Notes: generated by a model from the letters alone, not told the origin. Shown: positions 29,723 through 39,854, numbered from the stretch's first letter. The stretch: DNA of 64,000 nucleotides from an uncultured cyanobacterium (GCA_963703315.1 OY969811.1:1600001-1664000); one strand, 5' to 3'. Program-made: numbers and translations.

Positions 29723-32700
29723 CTAGTTGTATTCTAAGTCAATTCTTCTAAGCCAAGTTTTTACTTCATTTGTGAGTTGTTCACTGGTTTTTTCTCCTGT
29801 GAATGGGCGCATTTGGATTGACTCTGTTAGGCTTTGGCAAAGTTGGTTGATCGCCTCATTAGCACTTTTGCCATAAAGGGCGATCGCTAATTTCTCAAAA
29901 CCAAGCTCAAACTTTAGATTAAGTAATTCACGCTCTAAACAAGCGACATCTTGAACTACTGGAATCCTACGACCGATAGAATTAAAAATTTTGTTGGTTA
30001 ATTTCTTCGCAATTACATTAGGATCGCTTTCTTGTTCGAGATGGCGGATATCGACAACTAAACAGCGTATTTCGGGATGGTCAGCATGACGATCAATTTG
30101 TTCTTGAACTTTATCTATATCAATAAATTGAGAATAAAGATAGCTAATATCTTCTGCTGAACTTAATTTTAATAGACCTAAATTGCTACTACAGGCTTGG
30201 CATATATCATTAAACGTAACGTAGTTAATATTGTCTGTAGTAGCGAGCAAATATTCATATATTCTTTTCATATCAGACTTACAGTAAATAAAATCTGGAT
30301 CTAACATCCCTAATAAATATTCACGCACAAAACATTTTGTTAGTTCTATCCAGTTTTCATCACTAGCAAATTCTTCCAGAAGAAAAAGTATGCGATATCT
30401 ATCTACTTTATCTATATCGGAAATCTTCCAAACTTCATCTAACAATTTCATGAGTTTTTCCAAGATCTCAAGATCACTCATACCTCTTTCTCTTAGTTGA
30501 TAGCAAATATCGACAGTAAATTTATCAGGAGTAATTAAGTCTAAAAGTTCTTGTGTTGTTAAGCTGTCAAGTGACTGATTTTGAATAATGTTTACATTAA
30601 AGCCTAGATCAAATATTGAAGTATGTTTCCAAGGTGTTCTATCAAATTGGATATCTATATGTTTATATGAAGCATCTATAATTGCTAATGTCTGTCCAAG
30701 CTCATTTATATATAATTTTATATTGTTGATAGCCTCTATTTTTTGATTCTTGATTTTTGGAAGATCATTTGTGTTTTCTTCTTCGTTTTTTAAAGCTAAA
30801 TCTAATTCATTTTCATGTCTGCTCAAAATCTCCTCATAAATGGATATCTTGTTTTTTAGCGCTTTAATAGCTAATGGATTTTCTAAACAATTTTTCTTGT
30901 ATAGATTTAGCAAATCATATGTTGATACATTATGTCCAATTAGCATATAGTCGTATGCTAATTGGAAAATCAGTCTTTCCACTATGATTGGATGCTTAGG
31001 ATCTATATTTCCAGCAATCTCAAGAATCATAAATTCTTGAACCATAAGACACTTCAGATAATCTTTCAGATTAGGCGACCAACTTGTATATGAGATTAAA
31101 TCCAATTTATTGTCATCCAAAAACCTCTGACATCTTTTCATTAAATCATTATGTAATTCCTCTAGTTCTAGCCATACGAAATATGAATCCATCTGATAGA
31201 GTATGTTAGATTTTTTCTTTAATTGATAATAAGGAATCAATTTTTCAATCCAATCACACTCAGATCCGTTAAAATAGCTAAATACTTTATTGACAACCTT
31301 TTGAATAAAATCAACTATTTCATCAAAATCATAGAACTCTGATGTCCCCTTCGCTACGAGTACAAATGCTTTTTCCTCATATAAACCATAACAGTCATCT
31401 TTAAAATTAATCAAACTATGTATCAAAGATTGCTTCTGGTTCAGTAAATGTTCTTCGTTTCTACCTAACCAGAAAAGAAAAACTTCAGTCCACTTACCAT
31501 AGAATATACGATAATTTCCTTGAGATATATGATTAGGGTTATGAATCAAGAAGTATGACTGATCATCAATTGCCAAAGCAGCAAAATACTCTTGAAAAGA
31601 TGGATGATAAAAAGCATAAACAGTCTCTAGAGGATTTTCTGCGGCAACACCAATTTCATTTAACCAATTGAGTTTAAGCGCAAGATCGAATAAATCAATA
31701 TCAAACTCTCTGAAAACATTCTCAATAAAAGTCTTAGTCAAACGAAATCGCGAATTTTCGCCATCTATAGCCCGTTTTGCTAATTCTCCCAAAGCTTGAT
31801 TTAGCTGCTCTTCCTGACTGCGAGAAAGTTCAATCTGAGCTTTGCCCTTATTCCATTTATAAAATGCCTCTACAAACCACTCATAAAGCCCTGCCTTAGT
31901 TTCAGGTAGTTCCCCTTGCTTCAACTGCCAACTATAACAAAGCAAAGTCAACCGCAAAGGATTTTTCACCATATCGCGGATACGTTCTTTCCCAGACTGT
32001 TCCAAAGCTTGCGTTAAACTCCCAGCTAACTCTGGAGTGTGAGCAAACCACTTACCAATAAATTTGTATACATCATTAGGATAATCAAAATCTAAATTTC
32101 GATAGACATCAAAACCTGTTAGCGCATTTTTGCCACCATCCCAAACATTCACCCGACAAGTCAAAACAACTCGTACATTCTTGAGCCAGCTTTCTTTTAA
32201 TTGACTTGCCAGATAAGAAAGCGGATTGCTAACCGTCATCTCATCAACACCATCAAGCAATAACCAAACCTTTCCAGACTTGATCGCATCTCCTAGCGAA
32301 TCTTTCCATGCTTGCGGAGCAGCCTCAATCTCACCCGATGCCTCACGCACCCAATTTTCTAATAGATATTCCTTTAGACTTTTTGCTCCCAAATCCGTCA
32401 AAGAAATCCAGACTGGAATATCATCACTTTCTTCCAGCAACCAAGAACCAATTTTTTGTAACTGCGTAGTTTTCCCTGCTCCCGCCTCCCCAATCACCGC
32501 AATTCTCTTACCATTGCTAATTTTGGTATTACCCCGCAAAAGCACATCTTCAAAAAACTCATCATGAGTAATCGGTGTTACCTTTTCTTCATACAACTCA
32601 GATCCGCGATCGGGCGCACCATCATCTTCATTCCGTTTAGTTTTTTGTTGACGCTCCACCACACCCAAAGGCACAAAAACATCATCAAAGTCAAAGCGAA

Positions 32701-33091
32701 TCCCATCCCCAGCAGTTAAAGCCTCAGTAGTCAGTTTCTTCCAATCTTCTAGCAAATTCTTACTCGCACTTCTCAAATCAATCTCATTAGCACTCACTTC
32801 TCTTGCATTAGTAGTACTATTTTCAAAAAGTGGTTCTTCTACTAAGTCATTTGGATTTAACCCTAGTAAATTAGCGATAAGAAGTATATTTTTCTTCTGT
32901 GGAGGACGTTGAAAACTTAAATATTTACATAGTGACTCGTAAATACTTGAATCATCTTTTCGATTTTTTTTCGTAGCATCAATTTCATTAGCTAAATCTT
33001 CTTCAATCCAACCTTTCTGTTGCATTGCTGCTCGAATTAGATCAACACCCTGAGATGTAAAGTACCTGCTGCGATCGCGTAGTTGTCCCAT
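29723..33091 (-). CDS. NACHT (STAND) NTPase with N-terminal HTH-like region and C-terminal alpha/beta domain
   Basis: Walker A GEAGAGKT, Walker B LLLDGVDE, LTCR, NPLRL, FYHPSFQEYFAA winged-helix motif. Start set at MGQLRD. Confidence 0.9.
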   Translation of the reverse strand: MGQLRDRSRYFTSQGVDLIRAAMQQKGWIEEDLANEIDATKKNRKDDSSIYESLCKYLSFQRPPQKKNILLIANLLGLNPNDLVEEPLFENSTTNAREVSANEIDLRSASKNLLEDWKKLTTEALTAGDGIRFDFDDVFVPLGVVERQQKTKRNEDDGAPDRGSELYEEKVTPITHDEFFEDVLLRGNTKISNGKRIAVIGEAGAGKTTQLQKIGSWLLEESDDIPVWISLTDLGAKSLKEYLLENWVREASGEIEAAPQAWKDSLGDAIKSGKVWLLLDGVDEMTVSNPLSYLASQLKESWLKNVRVVLTCRVNVWDGGKNALTGFDVYRNLDFDYPNDVYKFIGKWFAHTPELAGSLTQALEQSGKERIRDMVKNPLRLTLLCYSWQLKQGELPETKAGLYEWFVEAFYKWNKGKAQIELSRSQEEQLNQALGELAKRAIDGENSRFRLTKTFIENVFREFDIDLFDLALKLNWLNEIGVAAENPLETVYAFYHPSFQEYFAALAIDDQSYFLIHNPNHISQGNYRIFYGKWTEVFLFWLGRNEEHLLNQKQSLIHSLINFKDDCYGLYEEKAFVLVAKGTSEFYDFDEIVDFIQKVVNKVFSYFNGSECDWIEKLIPYYQLKKKSNILYQMDSYFVWLELEELHNDLMKRCQRFLDDNKLDLISYTSWSPNLKDYLKCLMVQEFMILEIAGNIDPKHPIIVERLIFQLAYDYMLIGHNVSTYDLLNLYKKNCLENPLAIKALKNKISIYEEILSRHENELDLALKNEEENTNDLPKIKNQKIEAINNIKLYINELGQTLAIIDASYKHIDIQFDRTPWKHTSIFDLGFNVNIIQNQSLDSLTTQELLDLITPDKFTVDICYQLRERGMSDLEILEKLMKLLDEVWKISDIDKVDRYRILFLLEEFASDENWIELTKCFVREYLLGMLDPDFIYCKSDMKRIYEYLLATTDNINYVTFNDICQACSSNLGLLKLSSAEDISYLYSQFIDIDKVQEQIDRHADHPEIRCLVVDIRHLEQESDPNVIAKKLTNKIFNSIGRRIPVVQDVACLERELLNLKFELGFEKLAIALYGKSANEAINQLCQSLTESIQMRPFTGEKTSEQLTNEVKTWLRRIDLEYN

Positions 33092-33220
33092 AGTTGCCGT
33101 AGAAATTAACAAACTAAATCAATAATCAAAGCTTGTCACAAGTGACTTAAACATGGAAGGACGAATAACGACAGTTAAGGACAAATAAGCAATCAACTTA
33201 TAACCATCAAACTCTTCTTG

Positions 33221-33481
33221 CTATCTATAAGCTTCTTTACGATGAGCAATCAAAAAAATCGCAATATTCTTTTTCTCCTCCTCAACATAATAAATAACCC
33301 TGTAATTGCCAATACGATATCGCCAATATCCCAAATAATTGCCCTTTAGCTTTTTAATATCAGCACCCTTGTAAGGGTTTTGACTCAAGTTATCAATACA
33401 ATCATCTATTTGAACAGCTAACTCATCACTAGCTTTTTCGTAAAACTTTTGAGCCTTACGAGTCATTGATACCTCATACAT
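33221..33481 (-). CDS. RelE/ParE family toxin
   Basis: IKKLKG..GYWRYRIGNYRVIY...HRKEAYR. Confidence 0.9.
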   Translation of the reverse strand: MYEVSMTRKAQKFYEKASDELAVQIDDCIDNLSQNPYKGADIKKLKGNYLGYWRYRIGNYRVIYYVEEEKKNIAIFLIAHRKEAYR

Positions 33482-33716
33482 GGCGGCGAATGCTCTTAAA
33501 AGAAACTACATCGCCATTTTCAAAATCTTGCAAAGCCTCTTGAAAATCTTCCTTAAAATTAGGAATGCTCAGCAACTCCTCTGTTGCATCATTGCTTTCT
33601 CTTTCATCAAGATAAGCCATAAAGTCAGCCGCCACCCGTAACCTCTCAGGTGACAACCTTTGTAAAATCGCCTCAATTTTCTGCACAGTATGGAGATTTT
33701 CAGCAATAGCTTCCAT
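33474..33716 (-). CDS. Antitoxin upstream of RelE
   Basis: Small acidic protein (LSPERLRVAADFMAYL...ATEELLSIP) overlapping the toxin start. Confidence 0.8.
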   Translation of the reverse strand: MEAIAENLHTVQKIEAILQRLSPERLRVAADFMAYLDERESNDATEELLSIPNFKEDFQEALQDFENGDVVSFKSIRRHV

Positions 33717-33763
33717 ATGAATCACCCGAAAAATATACTGCAAACATTTTACAAGAAATTTAG

Positions 33764-34072
33764 TTAACTCGGTTTAACCGTTACCGTCAGTCTTAACCCC
33801 AAACTATCCAACCACGCCGCTAAATCATACACCGCTTGACTTTTATCACTTACGCCAAAATCTCTCACCCATTGCCGATCGCCTTCACCACCCAATGAGA
33901 TCGCCACATCATCAAGCGCCGAAGCCAACAACTCAGGCTCAGGATCAGCTTCCTCCAAAATTGCCGCAATATAGCCAGCCGCCCTTTCAGGTTCTTTGAG
34001 CGAATTAACTAAATATTCTTGATAATCTCTACTGGTCGAGATTTTGGGGATTTTCTGGGATTGTGACTCCAT
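33764..34072 (-). CDS. Addiction-module antidote-like protein (orphan)
   Basis: YQEYLVNSLKEPERAAGYIAAILEE...LGLRLTV. Confidence 0.7.
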   Translation of the reverse strand: MESQSQKIPKISTSRDYQEYLVNSLKEPERAAGYIAAILEEADPEPELLASALDDVAISLGGEGDRQWVRDFGVSDKSQAVYDLAAWLDSLGLRLTVTVKPS

Positions 34073-34192
34073 AGAACAAATTCTTGAGTAGGGACAGATA
34101 ACGACAATTAAGACAGATATTATCTTCCCTCAAATGTCCTTCACTTCCACAAATACAAACGCTAAGTTAAGCACATCGAATCTAACTTAGTT

Positions 34193-34353
34193 ATGAACAC
34201 CCACAAACAAATCCAACAAATCGCCGCCATCGACGAACTCCTCGATCAAGCGATCGCTCTTACCCCCATCCGCAAACCCAAAGACCTCAACCACCTCCAA
34301 CGCCGCCAACAACAACGCGCCATCAGCAACGACATGATCCGCGTCGCGATCGC
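34193..34353 (+). pseudogene. Truncated DUF4258-like (RelE-fold) gene, cut at a HIP1 site
   Basis: HLQRRQQQRAISNDMI motif; the sequence switches at GCGATCGC (34346-34353) to a copy of 33899-34004. Confidence 0.55.
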
Positions 34354-34454
34354 CACATCATCAAGCGCCGAAGCCAACAACTCAGGCTCAGGATCGGATT
34401 CCTCCAAAATAGCCGCAATATAGCCAGCCGCCCTTTCAGGATCTTTGAGCGAAT
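34348..34454 (-). pseudogene. Partial duplicate of the antidote gene at 33764-34072
   Basis: About 105-bp direct repeat of 33899-34004 (SLKDPERAAGYIAAILEESDPEPELLASALDDVAI). Confidence 0.8.
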
Positions 34455-34487
34455 GATTTACGCAGAGCTTCCTTAATCGACACTTGC

Positions 34488-34715
34488 TTGCAGAATGCAC
34501 GTTTGAATGGTGCAAATTTGGCGGGGGTAGACTTGCGGACAGCCAATCTCACTGATGCAGATTTTGAACAGTTTGAAAGTATTGCAGGGGCAGATTTTAC
34601 CTATGTTGTCGGTTTGACTGACCAAATGCGATCGCGCCTACTCAGTCATCCGCAACAAGATCTAGAAACGCTTAATCCTTTAACTCTGAAGACAACATTA
34701 GCCAGTTTGTCTTAG
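34488..34715 (+). pseudogene. 3' remnant of a pentapeptide-repeat protein
   Basis: ARLNGANLAGVDLRTANLTDADF repeats; no convincing start. Confidence 0.65.
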
Positions 34716-34785
34716 ATGGTCTCTCGTTCAAGTAATCCAAAAGCTAAAAATGGCGTTGCCATTTTTAGCTTTTGAAATCCTTACT

Positions 34786-35409
34786 CTAAGCTGGACGTAC
34801 AAACCAGAGACTCCTTTTGCCATCGTGGGAGATGCAATCAAGGATCAGATTTTTGACTTGAATTGGTAATTTACCAGTCCTACGCGCACGACGTAAACTA
34901 CTAGGCGAACATTCCAAAATTTTAGCGATCTCTGCCGTTGTCCACAGTCGTGTAAACAAATCATCGGGAAAAGAAGATATGCTCTGAGCCAGTTCTTTCC
35001 ATGCTTGGACATATACCTCAGTGGCATCATGATGCTGAATGATCGTTTCACTATCAATATTGCTAGCATCCACTTCTACTAGTGCGGGAGGTCGTGGATC
35101 TAATTCACCAAAAATCTCAGTATCAATATAAACTTGAACATTAAATATATCGTCCCAACTTTTAAGAAATTCTTCTTCGTTTTCTGCGTCCAAATCACGT
35201 GGATAGTTGTTTAAAGTCGGAGGTTTTCCCAATGAGTTATCAGTGACATTTTTAGCACGAGCAATCAGATCTTTTAAAGAATCAATAATATTAAGTTGAT
35301 CATGATATTTATAGAGTCTGATGATTTCTTGGATTGATACGGCAAGATCCTTGGGTACGGCTAGCATCTCCGTATCTGATTGCTGTGTTGACTGCGAGGT
35401 ATCGACCAC
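34786..35409 (-). CDS. Hypothetical protein with C-terminal HTH
   Basis: WTTAEIAKILECSPSSLRRAR. Confidence 0.7.
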   Translation of the reverse strand: MVDTSQSTQQSDTEMLAVPKDLAVSIQEIIRLYKYHDQLNIIDSLKDLIARAKNVTDNSLGKPPTLNNYPRDLDAENEEEFLKSWDDIFNVQVYIDTEIFGELDPRPPALVEVDASNIDSETIIQHHDATEVYVQAWKELAQSISSFPDDLFTRLWTTAEIAKILECSPSSLRRARRTGKLPIQVKNLILDCISHDGKRSLWFVRPA

Positions 35410-35540
35410 GGGAAAACCCTAAGTAAAATTGCTATGGAGCTATAAAAAGATTTCCAATAAACCCCTAATTTTAAAAGTATAACGCTAGTCTCTATGGAGG
35501 CAACAACTATTCACCAATTTCTAGATAAGCCAAAGCACGT

Positions 35541-36512
35541 ATGTTTTCCAACACTGTTTCCAATACATCACTATCCATTCATAAATTTCCGATTATCTAT
35601 TCTGATACTTTTCTAGAACATGATACGGGTACTTATCATCCTGAGAAAGCAGGTCGGCTAACGGCGATCGTTAATGCTTTAAAAAACTCAGCGATCGCCC
35701 CACAATTAAACTGGCAAGAACCAACTTCCATCAAATCGCATCAGCGATCGGGCTTGGATATCTTGCAAGAAGTACGCCGCTTTCATACGCAAGAGTATAT
35801 CGAGGCTCTGCGGAACTTAACTAATCAAGGTGGCGGCTATATTGACGGAGATACGATCGCTTCTGGGCAAACTTACGATGTGGCACTTTTAGCAGTCAGT
35901 GCATGGCTCGATGGTGTGGATGTTGTCTTAAATTCTGGTCGTCCTGCCTTTGTGCTAGCGCGTCCCCCCGGACATCATGCCCGCGCTCATTCAGGGATGG
36001 GCTTTTGTATTTTTGGGAATGCGGCGATCGCGGCAATGTCAGCTTGCGATCGCTTAAATCTAGATCGTGTCGCCATCCTTGATTGGGATGTGCATCATGG
36101 TAATGGCACACAGGAGGCAGTCTGGGATCGCCATGATATTGCCTACATCTCTACGCATCAATCGCCCTTTTATCCGATGACAGGTCGCGCCGATGAGACA
36201 GGCACACATGACAATATTTTGAATATTCCGATGCGAGCAAATTCGACAATTGCCGAATATTTACCCGTATTTGAGAATCAGATTATGCCATTTTTAAGAA
36301 AATTCAATCCTGATCTATTAATCGTCAGTGCAGGATTTGACGCAAATGCTGATGATCCTTTAGCGAGTATTTTGCTAAAACCAGAAGATTTTGGGACTTT
36401 GACTAAATTATGTTTAGAACTAACACCCAAAATTTTATTTGGTTTAGAAGGCGGCTATGACTTTAACAGTCTGTCGCGATCGGTTATTAGTGTGATTGAG
36501 CAATGCCTATAA
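35541..36512 (+). CDS. Histone deacetylase (HDAC/AcuC) family protein
   Basis: HPE, RPPGHHA, GFCIF, DWDVHHGNGT, SAGFD, LEGGY. Confidence 0.93.
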   Translation: MFSNTVSNTSLSIHKFPIIYSDTFLEHDTGTYHPEKAGRLTAIVNALKNSAIAPQLNWQEPTSIKSHQRSGLDILQEVRRFHTQEYIEALRNLTNQGGGYIDGDTIASGQTYDVALLAVSAWLDGVDVVLNSGRPAFVLARPPGHHARAHSGMGFCIFGNAAIAAMSACDRLNLDRVAILDWDVHHGNGTQEAVWDRHDIAYISTHQSPFYPMTGRADETGTHDNILNIPMRANSTIAEYLPVFENQIMPFLRKFNPDLLIVSAGFDANADDPLASILLKPEDFGTLTKLCLELTPKILFGLEGGYDFNSLSRSVISVIEQCL

Positions 36513-36574
36513 AAAAATAGAGAGACGCAAAGCGTCTCTCTATTTTTTATCAAAGACGCTTTGCGTCTTTTTTC

Positions 36575-36802
36575 CTAGCCTTCTTTGTTGATGAATGGCA
36601 ACAAAGCAACTACACGAGCTTGCTTAATCGCTGTTGTCAATGCCCGTTGCTGCTTTGCGGTTAAACCTGTAATACGGCGGGGTAAAATTTTTCCACGCTC
36701 GGTAATGTATTTACGCAGTAATTCGACATCTTTGTAGTCGATTTTGGCAGCAGGCGCGATCGGAGAGAGGCGCTTACGATAAAAAGAGGAGTTCATTGCC
36801 AT
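36575..36802 (-). CDS. rpsR: 30S ribosomal protein S18
   Basis: [26 protein letters not shown]...ALLPF. Confidence 0.98.
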   Translation of the reverse strand: MAMNSSFYRKRLSPIAPAAKIDYKDVELLRKYITERGKILPRRITGLTAKQQRALTTAIKQARVVALLPFINKEG

Positions 36803-36840
36803 GATTGGGATTACGCGGTTTTAGTGATTGGGTTAATGGA

Positions 36841-37035
36841 CTATTTGATTTCTTTGTGAACGGTGTGAGAGTTGCAATGGGGGCAGAACTTTTTGAGTTC
36901 TAATCTTGCAGTGGTATTACGGCGATTTTTCATGGTCGTATAACGAGATACACCAGGCGATCGCTTATTGGCATTGGTGCGACATTCGGTGCACTCTAGC
37001 GTAATAACGAGACGGACACCTTTGTTTTTAGCCAT
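36841..37035 (-). CDS. rpmG: 50S ribosomal protein L33
   Basis: ITLECTECR...[10 protein letters not shown]...[10 protein letters not shown]...HKEIK. Confidence 0.98.
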   Translation of the reverse strand: MAKNKGVRLVITLECTECRTNANKRSPGVSRYTTMKNRRNTTARLELKKFCPHCNSHTVHKEIK

Positions 37036-37321
37036 TTTTGTTAGTTGTGAGATTACTTAAAAGTGCGATCTACAATTGTTACACAAAACTAATCAAAAGC
37101 CCAAGTTAAATTTCAAAAAATCCAAAAAATAAATCAAACTTATAGATGTCCTATCCAATCCCCCATCAACAGCAATCATCTATTCAGTCCATATAGCCAG
37201 TAAAAAACACATCAACCAGCGATCGCCTATCCAATCCCCATAACTAGTGAAGGTTTTCTAAGTCTGCTAAGTCTTGCAGTCTGCCAGATGCTAGTTTGTT
37301 TTTCTTGAGATTATCAAGATC

Positions 37322-37397
37322 GTTGATAGAGTTTGTAAACTAAGCGATCGCACTCCTTTTCTAACTCGCTCGTATCAGCATGGTGATCGCCTTTTTT
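37322..37397 (-). repeat. RM-gene 3'-end repeat, copy A (truncated)
   Basis: Encodes KKGDHHADTSELEKECDRLVYKLYQ. Confidence 0.85.
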
Positions 37398-37527
37398 GAT
37401 GTTCATCGCTAAATCGGTAAGTACCTCAATCGAATTGAAACATCGCTTACGGACATAATCACGCCGTTTGTAAGTTCTGTGGCATAGTCATTTAAAATTG
37501 CTAACAAATGACGGTTAACTACTTCTC

Positions 37528-38594
37528 GGCACTGGTCATTGAATTAGTGGTATGAGAAAATAGAGGCAGAGGAAAGGAGAAAGCTATGGAATGCCCCCAC
37601 TGCCAGAGCCAAAAGATCATCAAAAATGGCAAACATCATCACCAAGATGGCAAAGCTATCCAGAACTATTTGTGTAAAGGATGCGGCAAGAGATTTAGTG
37701 AAAGGACAGGAACGCCAATGTCAAGGCTGAGAACACCAGCGAGTGTCGTATCCTTAGCGCTAAAGATGAGGAGTGAAGGGATGGGAATCAGAGCCAGTGG
37801 CAGAGTCCTCGAAAAATCCCATGTCAGCATCATGAGATGGGAGCAAAAATTGGCAACCCAGTCACAGCAATGGAGTCCAGATGCCCCAGCAGGAGGAGAT
37901 ATAACAGTCGAGGGAGATGAGGTTTACACTCGCGTAGGCGAGAACCTTCCCCCCCTCAAAGTCAAAAGGATGGACAGTGACATTCATTGAGCGTAAGAGT
38001 CGCTATTGGATTGAGGCAAGGGTAGGACTCAAAACCACTGAATTATTTACTAAAGCAACCAAAACAGCATGGCAATGGGCAAAGGCAAGTCAATACATCC
38101 GATGGTTTACCGATGGCGAAAGACGCTATGCCCAACAACTATGGCAAATGGCAAGTGTGCGCCTCAAATCCACTGAAGTAAGTCGTGAGTATAGACATCG
38201 CAAGGTATGGCGACATGGCTTAGAAGTTGCGATCAAAATTAAAAGTTCACAGGGAAATCGTCGGGTCGAATGGCTCAAACCTGAGCATCCCTATACGGCT
38301 ATTAGCGACAAGTGTGACATTCATGCCAATCACAATGAAGCTAACAACAGTGCTTTGAGAAGGAGATGTAGTGCTTATCGTCGCAGACAAAACCTATATG
38401 CGAAGAATACCGAAGGATTACAACGAGCAGTCACTGTGCAAAGATTAGTTCACAACTGGGTGAGACCTCATGTGGGCTTAGGGAAGAATAAGACTCCAGT
38501 TATGGCGATCGGGCTATATCATCGACCGCTTTCCATGCTGGAGTTGCTTTCACTACGAGGCTTTCACTCCCTCACGATTTAACTGACCAGTGCC
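37528..38594 (+). mobile_element. IS1-family insertion sequence
   Basis: Terminal IRs GGCACTGGTCA...TGACCAGTGCC; 8-bp target duplication TACTTCTC at 37520-37527 and 38595-38602. Confidence 0.93.
37586..38582 (+). CDS. IS1 transposase in two frames (InsA-like Zn ribbon/HTH plus DDE domain) joined at a C7 run
   Basis: CPHCQ..CKGCG, EGMGIRASGR, VEGDEVYT, frame change at CTTCCCCCCCTCA (~37946-37958), WFTDGE, NHNEANNSALRRR. Confidence 0.88.
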
Positions 38595-38842
38595 TACTTC
38601 TCGGCTTACATTTCCTAAACGAAATAAAATAACGCTGGGTAGGCTTTCACCACTAATTGCTAATAGCTGGGCAAAGTCTAAATCTACGGTCAGTAATATT
38701 CGTTCTTCTTGGCGAGCTTTTTCTAAAATATTGGGATCTGTCATCTTTTCTAGATTCTCTTCAATCAGGTGGATTGCGTCATAACCTTGTTCTCTCAAGA
38801 GTGCAATTGTGCGGGGAGAGATGCCCATATCGCCTAAGAATT

Positions 38843-39091
38843 TCATACTGCTTGAGGGATTTGCCAAAAGATGACTCGCTCTTGGGTGAGCCAAGCGGCA
38901 TATCTAAGCGCTTGCTGGATGTCTTCTAGTTCGAGATAGGGATAGTCTTCGATGATTTCTGCTGTTGATAAGCCGTTGGCGATGAGGTTGATGACTACGG
39001 ATACGGGTATCCGCATTCCGCGAATGCAAGCTTGACCTGCCATGATTTTTGGGTCAAAGGTTATGCGATCTAGTCCTGCTATTGCTTTCAT
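38843..39091 (-). CDS. DUF433 antitoxin
   Basis: RITFDPKIMAGQACIRGMRIPV...YPYLELEDIQQAL.YAA. Confidence 0.92.
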   Translation of the reverse strand: MKAIAGLDRITFDPKIMAGQACIRGMRIPVSVVINLIANGLSTAEIIEDYPYLELEDIQQALRYAAWLTQERVIFWQIPQAV

Positions 39092-39103
39092 TGTTTTTGC
39101 CTC

Positions 39104-39262
39104 TTATTCTATTTTAATGGCTGTGTATTCTTGTTCTGTTAGTTCAAATTCTGGGTCGATCACTTTTACTTCGTCAGAGGTGAGTTGATAGAGTTTGTAA
39201 ACTAAGCGATCGCATTCTTTTTCTAGTTCGCTCGTATCAGCATGGCGATCGCCTTTTTTAGC
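39104..39262 (-). repeat. RM-gene 3'-end repeat, copy B
   Basis: Encodes AKKGDRHADTSELEKECDRLVYKLYQLTSDEVKVIDPEFELTEQEYTAIKIE*, followed by GAGG and the DUF433 ATG. Confidence 0.9.
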
Positions 39263-39291
39263 GGGTGAGAATTTTTATTATCCAGTTTAAA

Positions 39292-39628
39292 TTAACTTTG
39301 TTGTTGATATTCTGTGATGATATCCCTAATCTCGTCAGCTTCAATGTCTGACTGTTCAGACTTAGGATAAATAGTTAGTAAAACTATTCCTGTTAATGTT
39401 TTGAGATAATAAATTAGGCGATAACCTCCACTTTTTCCTTTCTTAATATCACTATTTTTAACTCTTAGTTTAAACACAGGATAGCCAATCCCTGATATTT
39501 GATTCTCCTTGCTCTAGTTGGTTGATAACTGGTTGGAGGTCTTGACGAATGTTTCGATATTTTTTGGCAAGAGTGCGTATATTTTTCTGAAAAGCTGGTG
39601 AGGCTTCAATTTGGATTGGGTTAGTCAT
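39292..39628 (-). pseudogene. RelE/HigB-like toxin, frameshifted
   Basis: MTNPIQIEASPAFQKNIRTLAKKYRNIRQDLQPVINQLEQGE, frame change near 39500, then QISGIGYPVFKLRVKNSDIKKGKSGGYRLIYY. Confidence 0.82.
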
Positions 39629-39854
39629 TTTCTAGCCCTTCCCAAAGTTGAGATAGTGGAATTGTTTGACCTGTCATCGCTTCGTGCCATGCTTGGCGAA
39701 AGTCAGATATTATTTCTTCTTTAGTGAAGTCTTCTGGTGATTCTGGAATCAGTACGATGATTTCTACTCGACTATTTTTGTTTTTCAGTAGTGGACTGTC
39801 TAGGGTTATTTGCCCTTGTTCGTTGATGGTTGCCATTGCTTTAAGTGCTTTCAT
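39621..39854 (-). CDS. RelN-like antitoxin
   Basis: ATINEQGQITLDSPL...RVEIIVLIPE...FRQAWHEAMTGQTIPLSQLW; overlaps the toxin start. Confidence 0.82.
   Translation of the reverse strand: MKALKAMATINEQGQITLDSPLLKNKNSRVEIIVLIPESPEDFTKEEIISDFRQAWHEAMTGQTIPLSQLWEGLEND

Larger units (their letters stand above)
37409..38846 (-). pseudogene. DUF5615 PIN-like toxin interrupted by IS1
   Basis: MKFLGDMGISP...LLTVDLDF...LGNVSRE, then the IS, then VVNRHLLAILNDY...SIRLRYLPI* resumes beyond the target duplication. Confidence 0.88.

Noticed and set aside
20976..36512. Eukaryote-like genes (GIDE domain, HDAC) as recent eukaryotic transfer
   Set aside because: Both families are widespread in cyanobacteria, and these copies carry normal HIP1 content.
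37140..37320. Short direct repeat CCTATCCAATCCCC (two copies) and possible element end next to rpmG
   Set aside because: Too short and unpaired to assign to any element.
38553..38894. 113-aa ORF as an intact toxin
   Set aside because: Its C-terminus (GTGQLNREGVKAS) derives from the IS end; the native C-terminus lies on the far side of the IS.
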